From: a virus | DNA: 64,000 nucleotides | Reading direction: 5' to 3' (one strand) | Virus record (IMG/VR): IMGVR_UViG_3300045988_080644 | Shown: piece after piece, positions 33,114 through 44,675 of the stretch | How positions within the stretch are numbered: position 1 is the stretch's first letter | How the letters are laid out: each line of letters opens with the position of its first letter | The notes under the pieces: generated by a model | The model's database searches: none | Told to the model about the DNA's origin: nothing | What the model saw: the letters and a program-made list of their open reading frames with translations, nothing else | Position numbers and translations under genes: made by a program

Positions 33114-33836
33114 TCATACCTAGTTACTATTCTAATTATATATTTGAGCAATTGGATTTAAACCCTATTGCTTATTCCACTAATTAATAATCTATTTATC
33201 CCTATTTCTCCCTCTATTCATTTCTACATTATAGAAGGCTGGTCTTGTATTATAGTTCTTCTATTTTAATCCCTATTTAAACTGTCCAAAGTTCTAAACA
33301 TTCTATAAGTTTTTATATCTACCATTAGTTAGACTATCAGTTACATTTTTAGTCCATCCACCTAAGTTAGATGCCCTTCTTCCAAATGAATAATATTTTC
33401 CAGGTCTGCCATCTTCTATCATAGATAAATGTGAAGTGTCAAAAGCAGCCTACTATGGAATACCCTAATTAACTAAGGAGATATATCTTTGTAATACTTG
33501 AGGCTATGAGTCACTAATCTAAAAAGGTCCGCCCTACTAATAAGTGAGAGGATGATTCTTCTTTAAATCTTTTGTTTTAAACCATCCATTATCTAATATT
33601 GATCTATGACCATTTGGCTTATGTACTTCACCACCATCTTCATGTTTCCATTTCTTTGCATTCTAAGCAAATATGGCTCTTTTTCTAGTTAGAGGATTTT
33701 TACTATGTGTTAATTCTTCAGTAGTTTTACCTGTTCTCTTTTTAGTCTCAGTAAATTTTCCTCTATTTTCTTTTTTAATGTGTATTCCTGAACCTTTAGC
33801 TAGATAAGGGATACCAAATATTTCTAAATCTTCCAT
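33114..33836 (-). CDS. hypothetical 240-aa protein, TAG-recoded
   Basis: Absent from the track. Triplet-by-triplet check gives ATG 33836 to TGA 33114 with 17 in-frame TAG and no TAA or TGA. The product MEDLEIFGIPYLAKGSGIHIKKENRGKF... matches no motif. Confidence 0.6.
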
Positions 33837-33959
33837 TTTAATTAAATTTAATAGTTTATATTACTAATTAATTTGTTATACACCTAATTATATATTATTA
33901 TTGAAAAGTTAAAAATTAGTTTAGATAAATATAAAATAAATGTAAAATGTTAATGTTAT

Positions 33960-34874
33960 ATGGAAAATTTAAGTATTGATAAACAAAACGGAACAGTAGC
34001 CTTTAATGAAGAAGTACATCGTTATTGGGATGTTAATGACCCTTCTATCAAGTTTACTTCTGTAACTACTATGATTGAGCAATTTGGTCAGCCATTTGAT
34101 AAGGAATTTTGGTCAGCATATAAAGCTTTAGAGAAATTATTACCTGCTGATGAATTTAAGATTGAGAAGAAGTCTCTTTTAAATACTAAGAAATTTGATC
34201 CTGTTCTGTTAGAGTTACATAATATTACAGAACTAGATTTTAATAAAGCACAGCAAGAAATATTAGACTCTTGGGATGAGGAGAATAGAAGGTCTTGTGA
34301 AAGAGGTACTAAAATACATGCAGGATTAGAGAATTCCTTTTACACCCAGAAAAAGAATATTACTCTAGATAAATATCAAATAGGAGGTAAATTTGAATGT
34401 CAAAAAGATAGAACTTCTTTAGATTTGGAAAACGCAGTATATCCTGAGTATTTAATTCATTGGGATTCTCCATCTGGTAAATTACATATTGCAGGTCAGA
34501 TTGATTTATTAGTTAAAAAAGGCAATTCCATCGTAATTGGAGACTGGAAAACAAATAAGAAGATTGATACCAAGAGCTATTTTGATTCTAAAGTAAGAAG
34601 TTCTGTTAAGATGAAGTTTCCTCTAAATAATTTAGATGATTGTAATTATTATCATTATTGTCTTCAGCTTAGTACTTATGCTTATATAATTGAATCATAT
34701 AATCCTGATTTTAGTATAGAAGATTTAGTATTAGTACATTTTGATCACAATGACAATATGACTGTTTATCATCTACCTTATCTTAGAAAAGAAGTAGAAC
34801 GTATGTTATCTTATTATGAAAAGGAACATCTTCTACAAGAACGTAGATTAAAGAATAAACGAATTGAATATTAA
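33960..34874 (+). CDS. PD-(D/E)XK (RecB/Cas4-like) exonuclease
   Basis: 304-aa ORF with GTKIHAGLE, the catalytic block GQIDLL...IGDWKT (D...D-x-K) and the distal QLSTYAY (QxxxY) motif. Confidence 0.65.
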   Translation: MENLSIDKQNGTVAFNEEVHRYWDVNDPSIKFTSVTTMIEQFGQPFDKEFWSAYKALEKLLPADEFKIEKKSLLNTKKFDPVLLELHNITELDFNKAQQEILDSWDEENRRSCERGTKIHAGLENSFYTQKKNITLDKYQIGGKFECQKDRTSLDLENAVYPEYLIHWDSPSGKLHIAGQIDLLVKKGNSIVIGDWKTNKKIDTKSYFDSKVRSSVKMKFPLNNLDDCNYYHYCLQLSTYAYIIESYNPDFSIEDLVLVHFDHNDNMTVYHLPYLRKEVERMLSYYEKEHLLQERRLKNKRIEY

Positions 34875-34965
34875 TATGATACTATGTATAGCATTATTAC
34901 TAATAGCTTATTTAATTTATAGCACTATAATGGAATTAACTAAGAATTAATATACAAATTAATAT

Positions 34966-35178
34966 ATGGAAGAATATATAACTAAACGTACTAAAATATG
35001 TAGAGCTTGTCCTATTTGTGACCAAGAAAATGAGATTTGTAATGCACATTTGTATTTAAATCCTGAAAATAATGATGTAAGTACAACACCTAAGAAGGGA
35101 TATTTAAAGGGATGCGGATGTTGGCTGCACGCTAAGATTAAAAACTTAAATAGTAAATGTCCTTGTGGAAAATGGTAA
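34966..35178 (+). CDS. Cys-rich small protein (paralog of 35776..36033)
   Basis: 70 aa with CRACPIC...C...GCGCW...CPCGKW. It shares the C-terminal GKW ending with the paralog. Confidence 0.5.
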   Translation: MEEYITKRTKICRACPICDQENEICNAHLYLNPENNDVSTTPKKGYLKGCGCWLHAKIKNLNSKCPCGKW

Positions 35179-35783
35179 TGTGTAAGGTAGAAGGATGTAT
35201 AAGTAATACAATACGTGCTAATGGATATTGTTCTAGGCATTATTATCAGATAAATAAATATGGTAAAATTTTAGATAGAATTAATCGAGATACTAATGTA
35301 ATCCACATAAAAGATACTTATGCAATAATTGATTTGTACGATAGAATAGGAAATAAGATAGGTGAAACTTTAATAGATTTAGAAGATATACCAAAGGTTA
35401 AGAGTATTGGATGGCATCTAACTCCAAATAAGCGTAATACACGATATTGTATCAGCAATAAGGGAGTATTATTACACCGTTTATTAATGGATGACCCGGA
35501 GGGTATGGTTATAGACCATATTAATCATAATGGACTTGACAATAGGAAATGTAATTTACGTATATGTACTAATCAAGAAAATATTTGTAATTGTGAAATA
35601 CCTAAAAATAACAAATCAGGATGTAAAGGGGTATATTGGGCTAAAGACAAGCAAAAGTGGACTGTACAAGTTACAATAAACAATAAAACTAAATATATAG
35701 GAAGATATGAAAATCTAGAAGATGCTATTAAGGCTCGACAAGAAGCTTCTAAGAAATATTATGGAGACTTTGCTAATGATTAA
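35157..35783 (+). CDS. HNH endonuclease with AP2 DNA-binding domain (homing-endonuclease-like)
   Basis: VIDHINHNGLDNRKCNLRICTNQEN is an HNH_3 motif. CKGVYWAKDKQKWTVQVTINNKTKYIGRYENLEDAIKARQEA is an AP2 domain. The true start may be the ATG at 35178. Confidence 0.7.
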   Translation: MSLWKMVMCKVEGCISNTIRANGYCSRHYYQINKYGKILDRINRDTNVIHIKDTYAIIDLYDRIGNKIGETLIDLEDIPKVKSIGWHLTPNKRNTRYCISNKGVLLHRLLMDDPEGMVIDHINHNGLDNRKCNLRICTNQENICNCEIPKNNKSGCKGVYWAKDKQKWTVQVTINNKTKYIGRYENLEDAIKARQEASKKYYGDFAND

Positions 35784-36033
35784 AGGAATGAAATTAAACA
35801 TATTAATTAAATGGTTACATGGTATTTTAACTAAGCCATTAACTATATTAAAAAGCATATATTATAATATTAAGAATAAACATCAAGATTTAGCTATTAC
35901 AAGATTAGGTATATGTCATAGATGCGACCATAAATTAAATACTAACTTCGGTGATTTATGTGATTTATGTGGATGTGTATTAGATAATAAAACTAGAGTT
36001 AAAGATGAATTTTGTGAACAAGGTAAATGGTAA
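35776..36033 (+). CDS. Cys-rich small protein (paralog of 34966..35178)
   Basis: Track ORF trimmed to the ATG at 35776. It contains CHRC...CDLCGC...CEQGKW. Confidence 0.5.
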   Translation: MIKGMKLNILIKWLHGILTKPLTILKSIYYNIKNKHQDLAITRLGICHRCDHKLNTNFGDLCDLCGCVLDNKTRVKDEFCEQGKW

Positions 36034-36056
36034 TTATTGCCGTAAATTAAATGTAA

Positions 36057-36662
36057 ATGACTATGGATTTTAGAAGTGAATTAAATGGAAAAGAGAAAGT
36101 AGCTCAATCACTTATCGGTATGGAAAGCACAGGAACTCCTATTGTAGTTAATGGACAAAGAGCAGACGTTATTTTAGCTAATGAAAAGAAGTCTAAATTT
36201 AATACTAAAGTAGATGAATATGTAGATAAATTTGAAAAACACAATAAAGCACTTGAGGACTATGCTAAGGAAATCTCAAAGGACATCAATGGTTTAGAGA
36301 TATTACCAATGGGTTCTTATGCATTGATTAAACCTTTTGATGAGAATCCTTTCCAAAAAATAACAGTAGAGAGTGGAATTATTACAGACCTAGGTGGATT
36401 TACTCCTCAATATAAGAGTGAAGAGGATGGTCAAATTCACGAATTGGAACAGTTTATTCGTGTCGGTACTGTAATTGAGACTGGGTTTAAATGTGAGTTC
36501 TTGAAAGAAGGTGATGTAGTATTCTTTACTAAAGCTAGTGAAGCTACTGTTCCATTCTTCAAGCAAGGATTTGTAGTAGTTAATGAATCGCGAATTATGG
36601 CAATAGTTAATGAGAAATTAACAGAAAGAAAGAATCAAATTAAGAATAATGGAAACAAGTAA
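36057..36662 (+). CDS. GroES/Gp31-like co-chaperonin fold with N-terminal extension (tentative)
   Basis: The C-terminal half ALIKP..E....SGII....VGTVIETG....LKEGDVVFF.K....V.F..QGFVVV.ES.IMAIV follows the GroES pattern. This is the last forward-strand ORF without in-frame TAG. Confidence 0.45.
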   Translation: MTMDFRSELNGKEKVAQSLIGMESTGTPIVVNGQRADVILANEKKSKFNTKVDEYVDKFEKHNKALEDYAKEISKDINGLEILPMGSYALIKPFDENPFQKITVESGIITDLGGFTPQYKSEEDGQIHELEQFIRVGTVIETGFKCEFLKEGDVVFFTKASEATVPFFKQGFVVVNESRIMAIVNEKLTERKNQIKNNGNK

Positions 36663-36672
36663 TAAAGTTTAC

Positions 36673-36858
36673 ATGCAGCCGGGAGATGTAGTTTAGTTAC
36701 GTTAGCGTGACAAAATGCATTGTCCGGCTATGCTTGTTATTAGAAAAGAGCAAGCAATATTTAAAGATGAAATGAAAGGATTAAGATGTAGATGGTTTAC
36801 TGATTCAGGTTTAATGTAGGAAGCAGTATTCAACACTAAGGATTTAATACTTGTATAA
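36673..36858 (+). CDS. DUF2158 (YodC)-like small protein, TAG-recoded
   Basis: 61 aa with 3 in-frame TAG. Reading TAG as Q gives MQPGDVVQLRQRDKMHCPAML...CRWF, which matches the GDVVQLKSGGP.M...C.WF signature. This is the first TAG-containing ORF of the late block. Confidence 0.6.
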
Positions 36859-36860
36859 TT

Positions 36861-38468
36861 ATGGCATGGAAAACAGTTAATGCAGCATAGTCAATGGATG
36901 CTCGAAGTCAAAATGCTTTTAGAAGATTTTCTAACATACTTATGTCCCATAGAAATGCTAATGGCAATATTTAGTATAATCCTCAGGATAAATCTTACCG
37001 ATTAGTAAATGATAATGGAATATTTTATTCTAATGGCAGATTCTTTTCTAGATCTGGAGCAAGGGGTAATTATGATATAAATACAGGAAATTTTTTAAAG
37101 AAAAAAGTAAATAAACCAGCTGCTCCTGTAAAATAGCAGTCTTCTGCTGGATCCAAAGATATAGTATCTTAGGTGACTAATCCTAACTATTTATATGGTT
37201 ATAAAGAGTAGGTAAATAAATAGAATAAAATTCCTACAAACTCTCCTGCTACTAACAAGCCAAGAACTGCATTAGCTCCAAAAGCTCCTGCATCTAATTC
37301 ATGGATTAATAAGGGTAGAGGAATATGGAATTATAATGGAGTATCTCAAGCAGATGTTGCAAATGCTTATAAGACAGGAGACTTTAGTAAAGTAGGAAGT
37401 TATTTATCACAACATAAAGATTTAGCTAGTTACTTAAATAATGTTTACAGTAAGAGAGGAGGTAACTAGTTTAATTAGTCTGCACAAACTCCTGCAGTTA
37501 ATACTATGACCTTATAGACATTAAACAATGTAGTACCAAAATCTCCAGTAAAGGAAGTTACTCCAACTGTAGAGTTACCTACTGCACCAACTCCTACTTA
37601 TAATAGAAGTTAGACTAGAGATTATATGCGTTCTATAGGTATGAATCCTTATGATTATTCAGGAAGTGAACGAAAAGCTTTAAGAACATATTTAAATAAT
37701 CCTGGGTCTATGGACTCTAAGTACCAGCCATTTATTAATTAGGTATAGAATTAGCGTACTTAGAAAATGGTAAATAGCATTGGAACTAATTAGTTATTAA
37801 AACCAGAAACTGATACAAATAAACTGAATAATTAGTTAGTTAATTTAAAATTTGAAAAGGGAGGACAAATGTATAAATACGCAGCAGGAGCACAAATGGT
37901 ACAACCACAATAGACTAATAGTCAAGATCCAATAGATTAGATAGCTTAGATAGCCGCGGAATCTCTATAGGGTGATGAAAATTCAAAACAATAGTTAATT
38001 TAGGTTTTAAGTAATAAAGAGATTGCACCTAAGTTATTACAAATAGTTGATGCCGGAGTTAAGAACTAGGACAAGAGAGCTGTGATTATAGCTTAGGCAA
38101 TAAAGGCTTTATAGTAGGGAAGTACTCGTAAAGCAAGGCTTGGTGCTAAGTTAGATTATATTAAATAGTCTATTGGGGAATGCCCTGAAGGTCAGGAAGT
38201 AGTATATTTTAAAAAGGGCGGAGAAATCTGTAAGATATGTGCAGGTAAAAAGATGCAAGATGGAGGAAAATCTGACCCTATTAAAAACTTTAAGAAAAAG
38301 AAGGATGTTGCAAAACAAACTTATTAGAGAAATCCTTATACTAGGGGTAAATCAGCTAAAGAAATTGCCGAAATGCAAAGAAGAAATCGACAAGAAGCTA
38401 GTGAGGGTAAAGGTGAGAATGATGCTAATGTTGCTCCATGGAACTATAAAAAGAAAAAGATGAAATAA
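36861..38468 (+). CDS. 535-aa Gln/Asn-rich protein with C-terminal CPEG..C..C knuckle, TAG-recoded
   Basis: Line-by-line hand translation shows a continuous frame from ATG 36861 to TAA 38466, with dozens of TAG and no TAA or TGA. Confidence 0.65.
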
Positions 38469-38495
38469 AATACTAATGTTTAATGTTAATGATTT

Positions 38496-39056
38496 ATGAA
38501 TGTATTTAATTATGATAGTGACCATCTTGTTCTAGAATTAAATGAGCCTGAGATTCTTTTAATCAGAGAATTTAAGGCTCTTCTAGATAGAGATAAAACA
38601 AAAACTAAGACTAGAGTAAATAAAGAACTTACTTACATTTATTTGGCTTTAGATTGGAAGTCTCCTTATTCTAATTATTTAGAATAGGAAAGACATGAAG
38701 AAGCCCTAGCTGATAGTGGTTTGACAGAAGCCTAGTTTAACGACCCTATATTTAGAGAAGCTTGTCGAAAATATAGGAAATTACAAGAATCAAATAAATC
38801 TGTGAAATTATTAGAAGCAGCTCGAAGGGCAGCAGATTAGTTTATAGATTATTTTGAAACTATTGTAGATTTAAATGAACGAGATATTAATGGTAAACCT
38901 ATTTTCTCTGCAGAAAAAGTAATGAAGGAGATGGCTTAGTTAAGTAATGTCCATGAGCAATTAATTACTTTAGAGAAAGAAGTTAAAGAGTCCGTATCAC
39001 AAGAGTCTACAACTAGAGGTGGAGTTAATACTGGATATGACCCAGGTGATTTTTAA
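38496..39056 (+). CDS. 186-aa protein directly upstream of terL (position compatible with a small terminase), TAG-recoded
   Basis: The track fragment 38496..38687 continues through 4 TAG codons to TAA at 39054. The function is inferred from position only. Confidence 0.55.
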
Positions 39057-39061
39057 TTGAT

Positions 39062-41422
39062 ATGCCTAGAAAGAAGAAAGTATTACCTGATGAAATCTAG
39101 TTAATTGTAGATGAAGTAAAAAAGAAATAGTAGGAAGAAGATACTAAAGAGGCTAAGAAATTAGTTGATGAATATAGAATTGAACGTTCTAATGATAAGA
39201 CATATTGGGATATTACTAAGGATATGAAAATAGAATGCTTCGATCCTACTTTATCTTATGAATTAACTGGTTATAGACCCATAGATGAAACTCATGGTTT
39301 AGATTTTGATCCTTCATGGTTTACTGAAGTTAGAGAAACATTTCTAAGAACTGGGAGATATTGTTCTTATTTACCTAGAAGTAAAAGATGGGATGCATTT
39401 TGGAAAGAACAATATACTAGATGTAAATACGGTATGACCTCACATGGATATACTATTACTGGAGATAACTATTTCTTCTTAAATTTTTATTAGTTACCAG
39501 TAGTAGATATGGATAAAGCATCAGGTGAAGGTACTAATGAAAGTTTTCCAGTATTCTTTGCTTCTCAATATATGTTCTTTCATTATTTACAGATGTGTAG
39601 AGTATTACATAAAAATGCTGCCTTAATGAAAGCGCGTTCAATTGGCTTTAGTGAGATAAATGCTTCTCTTGCAGCTAGACTATACACTACTATAAAAAGA
39701 AGTAGAACTATGATTACTTGTTTTAAAGATACTTATTTAAATGGTACCTTTAGTAAGTTAGACCATGCTCTCACATTCATTAATACAAATGCTGATGGAT
39801 TTTTTAAACCTAGATTAACAGATAAAGCCCTAGAAAAGAAATCAGGATATTAGGTTAAAATAGATGGTTAGTTCACAGACTTTGGATGGCGTTCTGTTGT
39901 AATAGGAATTAATGGAAGCAAGCCTTCTAATATTCGTGGTGATCGTGTTGATCTTCTTATTTATGATGAGGCTGGTTCGTGGCCTGATTTAACTACTGCC
40001 GTAGTGCAAGGACAAGAATTATGTGAAGTACAAGGTGTTCCTAGAGGTATTATGTTATTTGGTGGTACTGGAGGTGACTTTGGTCCCCCTCTTGAAGGAT
40101 TAAAAAAGATTTATTATAATCCTAAGGCTTTTAAAATTCTACCATTTAGGCATAAGTGGACACAAGATGGAACCACTATAGAGAGCGGATTCTTTCTTCC
40201 TTATTTTCTGCAGTCTTTGAATCCTGAATATATGGATTCTAGAGGAGTTTGTAATTAGACAGAGTATAAGAAATTATTACAAGAAGAAAGAAATAATCTG
40301 TTAGCTGTTCCTGAAGAGTATCTTAAAAAGTGTGCTGAGCGCTGCTGGAATGCAGAAGAAGCATTTACTCTCGAAGGTTAGAACAAGTTTAATAAAATGA
40401 AGATAGCAGATTAGTTAGCTAAAATACGTCTTCATAAAATTGGACCTAGACCACAAGTAGGAACTATTGATTATACTTATAAATCTAATAAACACTCTTT
40501 AGAAAATATAGATGGATTTAGATGGCTTCTTAATTCTGGTAAAGTTTAGATATTGGAACATCCAGTATGGTCTGATTTATATAAAGAACAGATTGAGAAG
40601 TAGAAGAGAGAAGCTGAGGAATAGGGGATTGATTTTGAAGCTCCTGTATACACAGAAATGAATGATTTATATGTAGCAGGTATTGATGGTATTGATATTG
40701 GTGCTGCTCAAACTTCTAAAGAAACTAGAGACCCTTCTGATTTTTGTATTGTAATTAAACGTAGAGCCTTTGGTCTTAATGAACCCCAATATGTAGCTAT
40801 GTATAAAGACAGACCTCAAAATATTAGAGAAGCTTATAAGATAGCTATGTGTATGTGTAGATATTATAATTGTAGAATTAATATAGAGGCTACCCGTGTA
40901 GGTATGATTACTTGGGCTAGAGAAAATAAATGTCTACAATACTTTATGAAAAGACCTAGAGCCACTTTGACTGATATTAAATATGGTACTACTAAATAGT
41001 ATGGTACTCCTGCAACTAAAACTATTATAGAACAACAAACAGACCTTATAGCTGATTATGTAGAAGACTATGGACATAATATCTGGTTTGAAGATATGCT
41101 AGAATAGTTAAATGGTTATAATGATGAGAATAAAACAAAATTTGATATTATAGCTGCTCTTGGAATGGTTGAACTTGCCGACTAGGAATTATCAGGAAGA
41201 CAACCTACAAAAGTTGACAAAGAAGTTGAAGAATTTTAGGACTACGGATATTATATAAATGACAAAGGTTATAGAGAATTTGGGGTTATTCCAAAGAAAC
41301 AATCAAATCAAATAGTAATTAAATAGGAGGAAAACAATGACCCATACCGAATTGAAACAAGTGATCCTAGATTATATGAGAACACAGTTTTAGATAGATT
41401 TTATAGGAGATATTCGTATTGA
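39062..41422 (+). CDS. terL: terminase large subunit, TAG-recoded
   Basis: Track fragments 39224.., 39509.., 40004.. and 40658.. all lie in one frame, and hand reading joins them into 786 aa. Motifs are Walker B-like RVDLLIYDEAGSW, GDNYFFLNFY(TAG)LP, CWNAEEAFTLEG and the nuclease-domain VAGIDGIDIGAAQ. The 3' end is either TGA 41420 or, if the TAG at about 41325 terminates, 32 codons earlier. Confidence 0.85.
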
Positions 41423-41639
41423 AGATTTGGATCCTATAGGATATAAAGTTTCTCTTAATCTAGACCATTCTGAGAACCCTTTTGTACTAATGGCAGATTT
41501 ACCTGATGCTAAATTTGTAGATTTTATAAAAGAGGAATTAAGAAGAAGTAAATTACATAGAGTAAAGTATTTTAAAGCAATTAAAATACAACCTCCAGAA
41601 TCTAAACTATGTTATGACAGACAAAGAGCTTATAGATAA
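41337..41639 (+). CDS. hypothetical 100-aa protein, one in-frame TAG
   Basis: The ATG is preceded by AGGAGGAAAACA, a rare strong Shine-Dalgarno in this window. It extends track ORF 41427..41639 upstream through one TAG. Confidence 0.5.
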
Positions 41640-43785
41640 GACTAACGAAACCATTTCTGAACTTGTATATGATAAAACTAAGTTATAGAAAGCTTATAAT
41701 TATTATAATGGAAAAAGAGACAAGGAATAGTTTCGTTATCTAGAAGAAAACTTTGGTATAGGAAGTCCTACTTCTGTTGAATTTACGCCTTTACTAAGAA
41801 AACATGTAGATGCTTTAGTTGGTGAATTTCTAGGAACTCCTATATTACCAAAAATATCCTGTAAAGATGCAGGAACTATCAGTAATATGGATAGAGAAAA
41901 ATAGCTATTGATATAGACACAAATAATAGGATTTTTAAAGACGCATTTAAATAATTCCTTACTTAAATTTGCTAATAACTAGGATATTACTGATAAATCT
42001 ATTAAATAGTAGTTAGATAAAATAATTGAAGAGCAAGATTAGCAATTTGTTTCTCAATATGAGATTGCTGCTTAGAATATTCTTCAATACATTATGTAGT
42101 CTGAAGAAATTGATTTTGTAACTAAACTTAGACAATTATTTATAGACTTATTAGTTACAGGTTATTGTTTTTACAGAGTAAAACCATCATTTAGTAAAAC
42201 TAATATTGAAATAGAGGTATTAAATCCTTTAAATACCTTTGTAGACAGAAATCCTGAATCTCCTTATGTTAAGAAATCTTATAGGTCAGTTGTGAGACAA
42301 TGGCTTTCTAAAAGTTAGATATTAGCTAAATATGGAAATGAACTGAGTAAAGAGGACTTACGTAATTTTAAATAGAACTGGACAGATGATGACACAGCTA
42401 GGTACAGAAGAGCCTATGGTCCGGTTGTAGATATAGATGAAGCTAGTGATGATGACGAAGAACAAGATTTACTTCCTGGTTATCCTGAAGATGATTCCCA
42501 TAGATATAATCTGATTCCGGTATATGAAGTAGAATGGATAGAAACTGATGATAAATTTATTATGTAGAGATATAATACAATTAGAATCGGTGATGAATAT
42601 TATATTCTTAGGGGAATTGATAAATAGGTAATTAGAAGTCATGATAATCCTAATTATTGTGGATTGTCGGTAAATGGTGTTTATTTTTTAAATAGAGCTC
42701 GTTAGCCTTATAGTTTAATCTTAAAATGTGCTCATTTGTAGGATCGTTATGATCTTTTACATTACTATAGAGATGCTATTGTAGCAAATAGCGGGGTTAA
42801 AGGTAGTATTATTGACATTTCTATGATTCCTAAAGTGTTAGGACCTGATTTTGGAGCTAGAGTAAAGAAATGGAGAGCTTATAAGAAACAAGGAGAAATG
42901 TTAATTGACTCTTCTCAAGAAGGAAGAATGGAAGATGGATAGGCTCCTTTAAATACTATATTTAATGGCTATGATGAATCTTTACCAGCTTAGGTAATAC
43001 AAGCAATTGATTTAGCTATACAATCTATTGAATCTACTGTGTCTTCTATTACAGGTGTATTTAGAGAAAGACTTAATGGCATTGAATAGAGAGATGCTGT
43101 AACTAATGTTAAATAGGGAGTAACTAATTCTTATACTGTAACTAAACCTATCTATTAGCAAATGGATTTAGTTGTAAGAGAAGTCTTACTTGATAGTCTT
43201 AACTAGGCTAAAATAGTTTATAAGAAAGGACTAACTGGCACTATTACTTTAGGGGATAAATATTAGAAAATATTTACAGCCCTTCCCGAATACTTTACAA
43301 TTACAGACTATGATATACATGTAATATCTAGTACTGAAATTATGTAGGATATGTAGACAATTAAATCTACATTACCTGATTTAATTAAGTCCGGATTAGT
43401 TAGTGCTGATATTATATTTGAAGCTCTTACTGCTAAGAGTTTGACTGAACTTAAATATACTGTTAAGAAAGCCATAGAAAAATAGAAAGCTGAAAATAAT
43501 TAGTTATAGCAACTGTAGTAGAAATTAGAGGAAACTAGTTAGTAGTTACAATAGACATAGCAAGAGTTATAGAAGGCTCAATAGAAAGCAGAATCTCTTA
43601 ATGAACAAAGAATGCAGCTTGATTAGCAGAAGATTCAATTAGAATATCAAGTTAATTGGTATAAAGCTCAAACAGATAGAACTTATAAAGATAGACAATT
43701 AGATATAGAGGATTAGAGAACTAAGGTTGAATTAGCTTAGTTAAATGATGGTAATCCTTATAATGACAAAATTAGACAATCGTAA
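41614..43785 (+). CDS. portal protein, TAG-recoded
   Basis: 723 codons verified line by line, with about 39 in-frame TAG and no TAA or TGA before TAA 43783. It lies next to terL. The N-terminal AYNYYNGKRDKE(TAG)F is recalled from crAss-type portals. The C-terminus becomes a Q-rich coiled coil if TAG is Gln. Confidence 0.7.
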
Positions 43786-44675
43786 TGGCAATCAGTTGTG
43801 AAAAAGTATACTCTGGAACTGGTGATTAGATTTATCCGGAGACAGCAGATAGAGCAGTTACAGTTTTAGCTAAACATACTACACTTGACCTTTATTTAGC
43901 GGATCTTGCTAAATAGATTTCAGAAAATTAGGGAGCTGATGAAGTAGCCAAATCTTTAAAGTTTAAAGTGGATTATTTGGCTACAAATACAGCCGATGTT
44001 AATAAAGTGAAGGAGTTAGAAAATTAGGATGAAACTAATTAGTGGGGAGAAAACTTTGTATTACCTTCTGTGAAAACTCCTTATACCTGGAAAAGAACTA
44101 TTGTATATTTTGAAGGTTAGGATCTTAAAAATGGTTAGAAATTTTATGAAATCGTAACTGCAGATATTGCTGAGATTAGTTAGACTCTGTATATGGTTAA
44201 AGATAATTCTTAGTAGCCTAGGATAATATATCCACAGAAAGCCGTAGAAGTGGGAGGAGACATATAGAATGTAGATGATACGGATGCTTCTATAGATGAA
44301 ATAATCAAAGCTAGTGAAGAAGGTAAAAATAATTGGAGTAAATACCCATCGGAAATAACTGCATCTAATCCATATGGATTTATGGCAGTACGATAGAGAG
44401 TAAGTGGTGCTTGGAGCTTATTTAAAATTGCTCTATATTCTAAATGGGCTTATGACAGTAGACTTGTTACTAAATTTACAGTAACTAATACTTTTGAAAA
44501 ACCTCAATTAATTAAAACTGCAGTAGATCCAGGTGACTAGTGGACAGATACTAATGAATAGGAATTTACTGGTTATCTATGGATGATTTCCGCCTCCTAG
44601 AACAATAATAATTATGTTTTAGATGATGATAAGAATATATGGAGTGAACCTCAATTAATTTCAATAGTTAAGTAA
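43785..44675 (+). CDS. structural protein (296 aa), TAG-recoded
   Basis: Continuous frame verified, with TAATG start/stop overlaps at both ends. Repeated YTWKR / YLWMISA...IWSEPQLIS motifs resemble virion minor structural proteins. Confidence 0.6.

Noticed and set aside
788-34959. Antisense or overlapping track ORFs in the early and forward modules (788..1060, 4235..4486, 5930..6178, 9427..9612, 9609..9818, 9697..9897, 9831..10016, 9946..10128, 9986..10225, 12097..12297, 15548..15859, 19020..19583, 26436..26642, 27591..27794, 28836..29087, 29308..29511, 29345..29554, 30432..30644, 32534..32737, 33002..33187, 34959..35240)
   Set aside because: Each lies inside or antisense to a longer, better-supported gene or RNA element. 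They have low-complexity Leu/Ser/Ile-rich translations typical of AT-rich antisense frames. Several lack ATG starts.
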